From the NCBI GenBank assembly GCA_052426225.1, contig JBNJNM010000010.1:496001-560000 (forward strand): a stretch of 64,000 nt of DNA, given 5' to 3'. Source of the stretch: Zancudomyces culisetae HAW-14-8 (taxonomy: Eukaryota > Fungi > Kickxellomycota). Position 1 is the first letter of the stretch, and each line of letters begins with the position of its first letter. Below the pieces are notes generated by a model. That model saw only the letters and a list, made by a program, of their open reading frames with translations. It was not told the origin of the DNA and made no database searches. The position numbers and the translations under genes were made by a program. Shown here in pieces: positions 11,404 to 22,880 of this stretch.

Positions 11404-14400
11404 CTAGTCAATGAATAAAATGCCCTAATCATCACAGTACAATATATATCTGTAAATACTTTAAAATACTGGTGGTGGTATGTGTATTTCAATTAAACTA
11501 TTGCTGAATAATTTCGTTCCTTTATATAAATAATAACCTGAGTGAAAGATTACCTGAGAATCTAGAAATGATGAGATTTTATTTTTGTTGTATTTTTCGT
11601 TTTCTTTACAAGCATGTTTGGTCTTGTCCAACAATTGAGCGATGCTTATAGGTTTATACAACAAAATGTTTGAATAAAGTTCAGAGTCATTTTCGATTAG
11701 ATTATACAGCTCCTTGGTTTCCGATGAGGAAATACAGTTTCCTTTGGTAAAATTGGAGCCGATTTTTTCGTAATGTGGATTCTGGTAGCTGTGACTCTCG
11801 GCTTGTTTACCATAATACCCAACGCTGCGATGGGTGGGATTTAGAGTACGCCATATTTTGGTTAGTTGGTGAGCTAGTAATCGCTTGGATGTATTCGTTC
11901 GAAGTCCATAATCTGCTCCGAGTTTCTATAATTTCAATGTTATTAGTTTTCTCTTGAGTTGTAAATAAAATCTTGGGTTCCATTTTATATTAACTGTTTC
12001 ATCCTGCTAACAGTAACAGTCTACAAAATAACCAATAGTAATAAACACAAAAGAAAAATGAGGGGGGAACGAAGTACCTTTAGCTGCTCGAATGTCATTG
12101 ACAGATAATCTGGCTCATCTTTTGGACTCGTAGAAGGCTGCCCTTTTTTGTTGTCGGAGTTTTCAGGCTGAATTCCATTTTGAATATTTGAACCGTTGCT
12201 TAAGGAAGGCGAACGATGTATGTAGCTGCTATTGTATTGGTTCCAGCTTGGTTCGAGATGAGTGCCAGCGGCAACTACATTGTCAAGTTCCTGTATTGCC
12301 AATGGGGGCGAAGAAGGTAGAATAAGGGAGACTGGTGGTGTTGGTGATGGCAATGGTGATGGTGGTGATGGCATTGGTGGTGTTTGTGATGGCATTGGTG
12401 GTGGTGGTGATGGCATTGGTGGTGTTTGTGATAAAAGTAACGCACTACTCAACTCAATATGTGGTGGTTTTTGGTGGGTTTTATCGGATCCACAACAACT
12501 ACCACCTGTATTGCTCTTCTTTGAATCCACAACACTATCAAACAGTGCATCTTTTAGGTTATCTGGATCTTCTGCAATGTTCGTGTTGTTTTCACGGCCA
12601 TCTAAATCGTAAAAACCCGTCCACTTTGGTTTCTTTCTCTTATCTTCCACCAAATTCACCTCGCTTCCTATATCATTACTACACCAATGCTGTTCACCCA
12701 CAGCGGAATTATTTAAAGTATTTCTTTCCATTTGTCTTCTCTTGGTCCGGCGCATTGCTCTATTAAGCTCATCTTTGTATTTTAATAATAGATTTTCGAG
12801 TTTTTTAGAATATTTTGCTGTTATACATTCATCTAGCTCTGAATCACTCTCGCCATGAGAATCTGTTTCACACGCTGACCTTTGTAGGGCACATTTCAGT
12901 CTCTCCAAATAAACACTCAAGTCACCTACTTTACCCTGCTTTCTACCTTTCTATCTATACAAATTATTAGCAACATTAATCAAAGTAGACAATACATTTT
13001 CAGTTAATATTGACCATATTGATATTATTTCACACTTTATGTGGGCAATAAAATTTCAAGCAAAAGTATAAAAAAACATAGTAATTGTTGATTCTTTACC
13101 TCCTTCTTATACATTTTGAATATTGGTGTATATAATACATCATTGGATACATCACTACTGATTGACGCCAGTGTAAATAAATTATCTGTGTTTTCCCTAC
13201 ACCGAGGTTCGGGATTCATCACCATATTTCTTTCTCCATTCCACATCTCTCCACCTTTTCCCACTCCTTCTCCCACTCCGTCTTCATCATTGTCTTCATC
13301 ATCTAGTACTATTACCTTTTTATATACATTTTCGGTATTGTATTCGACTTTAAAGTCCGAGTCTAGTTCCGATCTGCTATCAGACATACTATCTCCAGCC
13401 TTAAATACCTGTAAAGCAGTTGCTCTTTGTTTCAGATAGTCTATACCCTGTTCAGGCGCCATCAGTTCTGTTACAACTTGTATTTCACTACTCGTACCAC
13501 TTTTGTTGGGCTTGCCTCCTTGGAAGGCAATTTTTTGCTTGTAGCGCTGTTTTCCTAGTACTTCAAATACGGATCTCGTTCCTCTACTCCCAATATCAGA
13601 TGAACTAGACATTTTCTTGCTCTTCCCACCAATTTTGCCACTCTCGCACAACTCCAAATATGAACTGTCTCCGCTTTCTTGAACACTTAATGATGCTGAT
13701 AGCGCCAACCCAATTTGGTATTCTTCATCTAGTTCTAGAGGTAGTTTATCGCTTCTCCTTCTTGAACTCACTCCCGATTTCGATTCTCTTTTACTTTTTT
13801 GCTTCACTGGTTTCCAAAAATCGCTTTGAAAGTCATCCTGAAAATCACATCTACCTTTACTCGCAATCTGCATGATACCGTTCTTAGGCCTCCCTGATTT
13901 CCCGTTTGTACCCCTTTCCAGTTTTAACCCCAAGGGGCTTTTCACATCGCCAAGCTCCGATATACCACAAGGATTCACATATGTCGCCTCATTTGTCAGT
14001 GGTGCATCTTCTTGAGTGCTTGTGTAGTTTTCTTTGCTAAAATACACGGTCTTCTCAATGGAATCTTTTTTTTTCCTTTGTATTAGCTGATTATCTTTAT
14101 AGAATACAGCCATACCTAACCTTATATATTTATGTTTGACCAAAGCTCTGAACACTTTGCTTATGTCAACTTGTGCCTTTTCTATGCATATTACCATGTG
14201 CCTTGCCTTGTCGTGACCGTCCATATCTCTCTTCGTACCATCTGATGCGCCAAAATTACCTTGGACATCTATTTGTGGCTGTGATAGATACCTTTGCTCC
14301 CCAAACAATGTTGAAAACTTTTTTTTACAAATAATACACTTTTCTACGTGTTCCAGCTCACCCGTGTTTCTATTCATTGTCTCTTTCAAGCTCGAATGAA

Positions 14401-14842
14401 TCTCTTGTTGGCTTATGTCTAGCAAACATGTTTGAAAATGTAATACCTTCAAGATACTGGTCTCTTTTTCAAGTTTTTTATAGCATATTGGGCACTCTGC
14501 ATTTTTGTCTCGCTCTGCCTTGATTAATTTTTCGTTCCCCATGTGTTTGGTACTTCCCGGAGAGTATTTTTCGACATTAAAATAGTTTTTTATCCCATTA
14601 TTTTTAGTTAAACTGTTGGTTTTCACTAGGGGTGCTACATTATTTCTATTAACTGCCATATTTCTATTTCTTATCTCTTTTGTCCCCCTTCCGGAACCTG
14701 TACTAAATTCATCTGTAAAATCGCTACTAACAACATCGTAGTTCATACATGGCGACAAACATGAGAATGTTGTTTTTCGTTCACTTGCGCTTCTACTACC
14801 TGCTCTGCTCAGGAATTGCGTTATAGTTGTTTCCTCCGCCAT
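11404..14842 (-). CDS. SLX4: Structure-specific endonuclease scaffold subunit SLX4 (four exons: 14842-13100, 12950-12078, 11925-~11554, 11424-11404)
   Basis: Manual splicing restores a SAP domain (PDYLSMTFEQLK|KLGADYGLRTNTSKRLLAHQLTKIW) and the Slx1-binding C-terminal domain (LYSNILLYKPISI...SFLDSQ|GILFID*). The N-terminus has CPIC...H...C zinc fingers and an MLR-like QIGLALSASLS segment. Confidence 0.85.
12333..12432 (-). repeat. Imperfect tandem repeat encoding Pro-rich (SQTPPMP/SPPPPMP) units within SLX4
   Basis: Repeated ggtggtgatggcatt / ggtgtttgtgat units are visible on the + strand. Confidence 0.8.
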
Positions 14843-15857
14843 CTCTGCTCAATTGATATTTTTTTTGTTAATATATATCTTTTTTCCCCTTTTATGTTTA
14901 TTTTATGTTTGTCCAGAACTAATTGTTTGTGAAAAAGACAAATCAAAAATCCAAAATCCAAAATCCAGAAACGTAATTAAAAAGCGGATTCCAAGTTGTT
15001 TTTGAAGTTCTATTCCAAGTAGAGTTATTTCCAAAACTGTTTCGGGTAATTTCTTCAAGAAAATCAAGGTTAACGACCCTCGATCATACCATATTGAATC
15101 GTATACACTTGTACCTATGCTGAATATTAAAAATCAAACAATCGCAAAAATAAATAGTGTTTGTTGTACTTAGTATCGACTTTTTGAATTATAATACATA
15201 TTATGAATAAATTAAATATATGCGGTATTCTGTAATAAATGGATACAAACAAAATATAGCTCAAAATTATTGTGCTGGGAGGGAAAATATTACTTTTTGC
15301 ATCACCTTTGATGACAGTGCCCTACATACATACATACATACATACACTTGTGTCTATTCGATACAAAATTGTTTGTTTTTTACTCTTGTGATGTCTAAAC
15401 GCATGGTCAATGTGCTGAATCAAGTCTGCTCCGGTCTTACCAATGTAAAAAAAGTTGACATGGGGATAGCTAGTGTGCAGATGTGAACAATACTGTACTA
15501 CCAAGTCAGATCCGCATAGCTACACCCACAGTTTATGATATTATCCACCTTCAAGGATGTGGCAAATTGGTATGCGTAAATTTTGCAAAACTCGTTGTTG
15601 AAACAAAATATGTCCCATAATCCCTAATCAAAATCAAAATGTATTCTCTTGTTTCTCGCAGTGGTGTGTCCAATGAAAAAATTAGAATCAACGCATTTTA
15701 CCTGCTGAAACATTTATTTCGGATTAAATTGTTCTTGTTTCTCAAGATCTCTGCACTTTTTTTTTTGCTGAAAACTCTATGTTTCTGGTAAGAAGGATTC
15801 GTGTGGTTGTTTTGAAAAGGAAGTAAGAATACCAATATTTAGTTTGGATTTCGTTTT

Positions 15858-16144
15858 GGTGCAAGTGCAATAATAAGCCTTGTCGTTTTCCCGCACTATG
15901 TGCAGAAACAAGGGATTGGACTCTTTAAGAAGGTGAAAGCTTTTTTTTGGGGTTTCTTCCTTGCTTTTGTGCATTTTGTGGGAGATGATAAGAGTTTGCG
16001 TCCCATCCACTCTAGAAGGCCTTTTTTCTGTGCGCTTGGTGGTTTTAGGGTTGACTGGGGGACTAGTTTCTCAGTCGCTCTGAGACCTCCTTGCACGGAA
16101 TTCAGTAGGCTAGTGTGTTTTAGAACTAAATGGGACTCACATTT
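15858..16144 (+). ncRNA. Box H/ACA snoRNA; probable guide for the 18S pseudouridine equivalent to yeast Psi1290 (snR83/ACA4-like). 5' end approximate
   Basis: H box ANANNA at 15983-15993. Nested helices gtccca(t)/(a)tgggac, tctaga/tttaga, ggcct/aggct and ttctgtgcg/tgcacggaa contain G-U pairs on the + strand. The ACA box (16139-16141) lies 14 nt from the upper stem. Pocket strands TCCAC and ACTAA are complementary to conserved 18S UUAGU-[U]G-GUGGA. Confidence 0.75.
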
Positions 16145-16880
16145 CTATACCATTGTTTCTTTTCAATCAAAACATCTCAATCTCGCTGCACATCATGAAG
16201 AAGGATGTGATAGCGGAAATAGTTACAACTCATTCCTCTCCGAATTTTAGTTGATAATTTCTGTTCTCATCGTTACATCAGAATTCTACTGGTCGTCCCG
16301 TATCTAACGATGTTTCAAATACATGTGAATTTGTCTATACCGCGCTTGCCAAAGTGGGTGGTCAATTTCGGAATTGTATCTGAGTGTTCATGTCACATCA
16401 ATTTATAAGAAAATTTGCCGTGGATATTTTATCGCCCTTTTTTCTTGTTTGAAGTACAAGTGCTTGCAAATGTCCTAGATATATAAAGAGCGTGATTTTT
16501 GGTTGTCTCAGATTGATTAAATGTCTGGCTATACCAATACCCCTTAAACCAGGTTTGATAGCTGATAGCTAATTATTCTGAAAAACTAAATGGACCATTT
16601 GATAAAATCGATTACCGAAATCGAGAATTTTCCAATCAAAGGAAAAGCTAATGAACAAAACTAGACATAACAGGTCATGGGTGCCGAAAAAAAAAAAGTA
16701 TAAAGTTGAGGGGGAGAGAACAACCACTAGTCTGTGTTTGTATAACAAAATAAAAGTACTCAAAAGCTCTTCGAAATAGCTTTTAGCAAAACCATCCAAA
16801 AACACAGATACCCTATTTGGGAAACGAAATACACAAAACTATTTTAAGCACGAAAAACTAAAGTCTGAAAACTCGAACAA

Positions 16881-17881
16881 ATGAGGTAAGCAGCAAACTA
16901 TTATACCCATTAGTACCCCCACTCCCTCCCTTCCTACGGCTTTAGATAACCATAGTTAATATCAAAATGTGGGTGAAAAAGCGGATAATTGAAGATATTT
17001 ACGCGTCACTGTGCTATACTAAAATAGAGCGACTCGTCTATTTGGAAATTTTTCGCAATATACAGCCAGACAGGCTGTAACACGAGGAAAAAGCCTGTTC
17101 TCCACATCTGCAATTAACACACAAGCCAAACCGCTTAACAATGACAATTCCGTGGTCGCTGTGAACTTTGGAGATGGAACTTCAGCAAGATTCCATAACT
17201 ATTGGTTAAGAGATCACTGTAGATGCGAGAAATGTATTCACCCTACAACCAAACAGAGGACTGTCGACCCCTTGACCGTAACGTATTTTTTCAACAATTA
17301 ACGTGGATATATAGGAAAACATTTTGTATATGCTAATCGGGTGTTTCTACTCATAGTTTAGCGAAACGATAGCGCCAACTAAGCAAACAATAGTGGATCA
17401 AAAGCTGGTCTTGGAATGTACGTATTATTAACTACAGTCATTAAACATAAACATGGCGATACCTGTCTCTATTTTTTTATTATAAAAAATGCTGAAAAAA
17501 AACTACTATTGTTAATAGGGGATGGAGGCAAACATGTTTCCGAGTATCAACTGAGTTGGCTTAAAAGAAATTCGTATGACAAGGCAGAACCCAAGGCCCA
17601 AAAAATGTAAGTATAGCTCAAAGAGAACTACAAACTTCTATGTATATTTTTTTTTTCGCTTTGGGGTTACAAAAATCCGGCCAGAGTTAGATGTGTATGT
17701 TTTTTTTTTGATTTCAATCAGGATTTTTGGTAAAAATATAGCTTTCCATCGTCGGAAGTAAAAAGATGGGGATCAGAAATGACAGGAAAGATACCAACAG
17801 TAGACTATGAAAAAGTTATGAATACCGACGAAGGTCTTTATGAGTGGCTAAATAATATTGTATGTGTTAAGAAAATACTCA

Positions 17882-17916
<35 letters not shown>

Positions 17917-18892
17917 GTGTGCCAGCAACACATAGTTTTATCTACAAAGTGTTGCTAGATCATATTAACCCTAAAATTATTAAAACTGAATTAAAAACAG
18001 AGAATCTACGGACTTGGTACTGTATCAGGAGTTCCGGTCACTGAAGAGGTAAACTTTTGTATAGCTAAACAAATATAACCTGCAATATTAAGCAATAAAT
18101 CTTGCCGAATTCTAGGCCACAAAGAAGACGATTGAACGAATTGGTCCAATAAGAGATACACATTATGGTATGTTAACAGCCCTCTTTAATTAATATTATT
18201 ACCTTTGGATCTTTGATGCGATACCAATTTCCATTTTATTTGCATTCCTAGGCGCATTCTGGGCATTTACATCAGGATTTGCACATGGAGACTTGGCCTA
18301 TTCAACTCTTGAGATTCCAGCACACACAGATACCACATACTTTAACGATCCAGCAGGTCTGCAACTGTTTCACCTGCTGGAGGAGGCTGGTGTAGGTGGA
18401 GAACAATTTTATGTGGATGGGTTTGCTGCCGCTGAAATACTTAAGAAAGAAGATCCCGAGGCTCACAAGATTCTTTCTGAAGCTCGCGTGTATGGATACC
18501 AGGCAGGTGATGAGAATGTCTTTTTAAAACCCACAGCACAGCCTTACCCTTTGCTGAACTACAACAACAAAGGAGAGCTTTACCAAATTAGGTTTAATAA
18601 CGAGGACCGGTACATAATTAACAACTTGAAATTTGACATGGTTCCCAAGTACTATAATGCACTTAGAAAGTGGATGGAAATAGTCAGAAGGCCCGAGTCA
18701 GAGCTAGTTTTGGCGTTGAAACCAGGAACATTGATTGCTATTGATAACTGGAGAGTTATGCACGCAAGAAAGAGCTTCAAGGGTGGAAGAACGCTATCTG
18801 GTGGGTACGTTGATACCGATTATTGGAAGAGTAAATATAGAGTCGTGTCCTTCAGAGCCAAAGGCAAAGATTGCAAAGCTGAGCTACTCTAA
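16881..18892 (+). CDS. TMLHE: Trimethyllysine dioxygenase (carnitine biosynthesis; Fe/2-oxoglutarate dioxygenase), about 8 exons
   Basis: The spliced reading gives MRATRLFGNF..., the zinc-binding FHNYWLRDHCRCEKCIHPTTKQR, IRDTHYG|AFW, DLAYSTLEIPAHTDTTYFNDPAGLQLFH (HxD), IRFNNEDR and DNWRVMHAR. Introns are GT-AG and the first coding exon is 5 nt (ATGAG). Confidence 0.88.
17882..17916. repeat. (ATT)n microsatellite in a trimethyllysine dioxygenase intron
   Basis: About 11 ATT units are directly visible. Confidence 0.9.
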
Positions 18893-19117
18893 CTCTCTCT
18901 CTCTCCCCCCTCCACCGTTTCCTCCTCACTAATACTCCGTTATAGGTGACATGCGTGGAATGGGCTGAAATCGCGATCACAATATTGAATTTGCATTTTT
19001 TTCTTCTCAAGTTATCGATTATTTTTTAATCAATTTAGTGGGTGTTATATTATATCTATCATAGTACTATTATAATTCGCAAAAAAAAAGGAAATAAAGA
19101 CGAAAAAATCCATAAAA

Positions 19118-21348
19118 TCAAGCAGGTGGGAAAAAATTACTAAACAAAACAGCACCTATCATAGCATAGGTTACGATGTAGAGTACAATGACATTGGCAA
19201 AGGACCAGCAAAACTGGCGTATGTCTTTCCTCCGTGTGTTAAAAATAACATGTGACATGTACCAGTAAACAGTAGGCATTGATGACATAAACCTTGTAAT
19301 TACTTGAATGTGCATCGTCGTTGTCGATACAAACAATAGAAAGCACCATAGATATATGTATGGTAACACCACCACGCTGGTATAGCATTTGGCTGCGGGT
19401 ATTTCGTGGTTTACTATGCTTTGGTTCTTTGCAACTTTATCTGTTTGGAGCTCATCTTTGGTCTTAAATATGCCCAGAGTTAGAAACCTTGATGTATCAT
19501 GTTTGGCATACGCCATAATACCTTTAAAGCAGAGTATTATCATAGGCAGTGCAAACATAAAGTTTGGAAGCTGTTTTAGTTCGTAGTATTTTAAGAACCC
19601 GACATTCCTACAAGTAAACCAATGCAAACATTTGGTCGGAGTAGGATTATATTATAGGAGCCACTTACACATTTTGTACGCAAAGTATATGTACTAAACT
19701 ACAAAAAAAATGACAATTATAGTATGATTAGATTTGAGAAAAATACAAATTGACTTACCAGTAATGTTCCTGAACATAGTTATAAACAATGGGTACCCTT
19801 TTGTTGCACCAAGGTGATTCACCCTCCCTTGGTACCATCCTAACACAAAACTGATAGTACCCATGCACTTGAAATATCACAAACCCTGATACTGAAATCA
19901 TCCCCAAGATAATTAGCTTCACCACCCGTCCGACTAGCACCTATTATTTGGTTTGAGCAATTCACAAAATTTTAGTTTTAACGAGGAATGATTAGGCAAC
20001 AAAGACATCGTAGATTTTAGTACATCGTCAATGTAACAATCAAGCAGGATGAAGCCAAAAAGAAAGATAAAACTGGAAAGTCGCTGGTGGTTCTATCACA
20101 CAAGAAAACTTACTTTTTTACTTTCCATCCATTGCAAGTCTTGGAAAAAGAAATCGTACACAAAAAATCCCAGATAGCAAATACAATTAGACCTGGTAAA
20201 CGAACCAAGACCCAGATAAAATGCCGCTGTATAGTATTTCCGTTCTATAATCAACCTCATGCATACAAAAGTAAACAGCGCAAATGTACTCTCTGTATAT
20301 CTATCGATTAGTTATGAGCATTCTTTTATGGCCATGAGACATTTAAGTTTATGTATACTTTGTCTTTTCATATACTATTAATGAATATAAAATGACAACA
20401 GCAATAATAATAGAGGTAGCTATGATATTTATGAAAATAGTGTGTTTACATTGATGACATGAATATCCCAGCGGGTGTGAAACAATACAATATTGTTGAT
20501 AGATACGCAAAACTCTCGTTACCAAATAATACTATTCCCAGCCTACAACATATTGAAACAACAACGTGTTAGCCACCAAGCTAAATACCTGGACAATATT
20601 ACACAAGCATAATGAGCCAAAACAAAAATAATAATAACCATTACCTATAAAAGGCTATCGCCGACCCTATAAAAGATATGTTTGACACACATATGCCTGA
20701 CAACATATATGTTAGCTGGGTGCCTAGGGTTTCCTCCAGTGGATAAAACACTATATACATATATTTAAATTATCATCGCTGTATCAGTTGAAGTGATTTT
20801 TTTGAAAGCAAAAATATCGATTCACTACAATATACCATGTTTTATCATATTGTTTTATATATATCAAAATATACTCTGCGCTAAAAGCATGTAGTGGTAC
20901 CTGTTATGCTAAGAAAGCTGGTGAGTAAAGGAAACATAGGAAAAAATGCATTTTCCTGTTCGTACACATATCCATGTTGTGCAATGTGGTTAAAATAGAG
21001 TGCATCCCATCTTGTAAATACTTTAATCACATTCTTTACTGTGTTGTGAAGTAACCCATTTTCTTTTTCATCCGCAAAGAGAATATCGAAACAGCTATCG
21101 TAATCTGCGACAAACCAATTCGAAAATACTGCCACTATAAAAATCAACACTCTTGAAATAATTGCATAGTAAATTACATTTCGTATCCTCAATCCTAGCC
21201 ACCATCCTAGTCCCTTTTTTCTCGCCGCATCTACTGTTTTTTGGCTCAATTTATTTTTTTTGAGATTCCTGGCTTCTTGTGGAGGCATACATAGGCTTTT
21301 CATCCTTGAATTTTCCCGATTACGGGCTTTTTCCCCAGCAAGATCCAT
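19118..21348 (-). CDS. GPI18: GPI mannosyltransferase II (PIG-V), multi-exon
   Basis: RWDALYFNHIAQHGYVYEQENAFFPMFP, MSI|YTESTFA, RSN, PWCNKRVPIVYNYVQEHYW|NVGFLKYYELKQLPNF, MHIQVITRFMSS and terminal FFPPA are PIG-V motifs spread over exons separated by GT-AG introns. Confidence 0.93.
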
Positions 21349-22322
21349 ATTTCTGTACAGTACGTCCTTCGAGTTAATTTTTCGAATTTTCTTTCTTTAC
21401 TTTGAATTCGGCGTCCCTTTAAATGAATATGTATCTGTGTTGTGGTTACATTTGTTGCGAGTCCAAATAAAGATAGCGGGAAGATCAAACGCTCTGATTT
21501 ACACTCTTGAAAATGTACCTAAGTCTGCGATTGATCTGTAGCGTTACGTAAATTGTCTTTCGAATGCTAAAAGTGATAAGTTAGGATATAATTGCATCTA
21601 CCGTGGGTTGATTTGCGCAAAGTACAGTCCAAGTATATGCAAAAGATTTAGGTAAAACGGTATATGAATTTTTAGCTACCCTTCTCCGTTTCAGTTCTTT
21701 TTTTTTAATATTTCTCTTTGCTTTTATTTGCAAATATGTTTTGAAAATAATAATTGTTTACAACCCCATTTGCCAATTTGTCAAGCAATAATTTTCCTAA
21801 AATCTCAAAATATTCACATCTCCGCGCTTTGCTAGATATTCGTCCATTTCTATTGAAAAGGCGTCATTAACAGATTATAACAAAGGAAGAATCACGCTTG
21901 TCTTTTTATATCAACTTTAGTTATACTCGAGCTGTGTTTTGCAAACACAATCACATAAAGGACCGCTTAATCAGTAATTAAACAAGATACTTGCTTAGTG
22001 CAAAAGTAAAGATCTTTTTCTCCCACCAGAACACAAAGTTGCAGAGATGATGAAACCAGTTAATTTTATTACAGCTGATTGTGCACATTAACGAGGCATA
22101 TGGTGGTTGTTCACCTATACTAAATTGCAATTCCTCGGTTTTAGCAAAATCCATAATCCCATAAAAACAATAAACATAACATCAATAATGGTCCACCAAT
22201 AAAAAAGTTTATTAGCAAAAAATCACACATATCTACCATATAAATTATAAGCCATGTAAAAAGTCATTTCCAAACGAGTTGGAAAAGGCTTTAAAACTCT
22301 ATATTAGAAAGGAGTAAAGTTA

Positions 22323-22880
22323 TTAGATGCCTGGTGCAATTGGACCATCTTTGTAAACACATCCATCCTCGCGGCAGTAGTAGCGGTCGCCACAAGTCAC
22401 AAATTTCTCACCTCCGTAAGCAGCTTTGCATGCGTTGAATGCAGCACTGTTAGAAGGTCCTGGAAGGAATTCGTTTGTGCATGTAACGTTAGGAATTTGG
22501 GTAGGTGGGCATTGTGAACCGCCCCCATTGGTGGAAGTTGATGAACTGGTTGATGAACTGGTTGATGAACTGGTTGATGAACTGGTTGATGAACTGGTTG
22601 ATGAACTAGTCGATGAACTGGTTGATGAACTGGTTGATGAACTAGTTGATGAGCTGGTTGGCGAACTAGTTGATGAATTAGTTGCTGTAGTAGTTGCTGT
22701 AGTTTCTTCAGTGTTTGATGGTGTGACTGATGGTGTGGTAGTTGGGGCAGTAGAACCACTTGGTACTGTTGTTGTTACAGTAACATATACAGTTGGTCTT
22801 GCTGGACACTTTGATGTTGGTGCGTAGTCAGCGCTGGCCAAGAGCGATGAAAGCAATGAAACAATGACAAAAGCACGCAT
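22323..22880 (-). CDS. Secreted mucin-like Ser/Thr-rich protein with a C-terminal 6-Cys domain
   Basis: Signal peptide MRAFVIVSLLSSLLASA, an (SSST)n tract and a Cys-rich tail (CPPT..CTN..CKA..CGDRYYCREDGC); TATA-like sequence near 23000. Confidence 0.8.
   Translation of the reverse strand: MRAFVIVSLLSSLLASADYAPTSKCPARPTVYVTVTTTVPSGSTAPTTTPSVTPSNTEETTATTTATNSSTSSPTSSSTSSSTSSSTSSSTSSSTSSSTSSSTSSSTSSSTSSSTSTNGGGSQCPPTQIPNVTCTNEFLPGPSNSAAFNACKAAYGGEKFVTCGDRYYCREDGCVYKDGPIAPGI
22537..22683. repeat. 12-bp coding minisatellite (gttgatgaactg)n, about 12 copies
   Basis: Directly visible tandem array encoding SSST on the minus strand. Confidence 0.95.

Noticed and set aside
16045-16052. TTAGGGTT, a possible telomerase template on the minus strand
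   Set aside because: An 8-mer is expected by chance, and the G-U pairing favours a + strand RNA.
16056-16110. TPP riboswitch-like GGGG...CTGAGA...CCTTG
   Set aside because: The conserved 3' half (CTGAT, TAAT, GCG..GGA) is absent and no thiamine gene is nearby; the H/ACA snoRNA fold explains it better.
22397-22827. Alternative-frame ORFs with (VDEL)n and (HQPV)n repeats
   Set aside because: Shadows of the stop-free 12-bp repeat; only the 22323-22880 frame has a signal peptide and a Cys domain.
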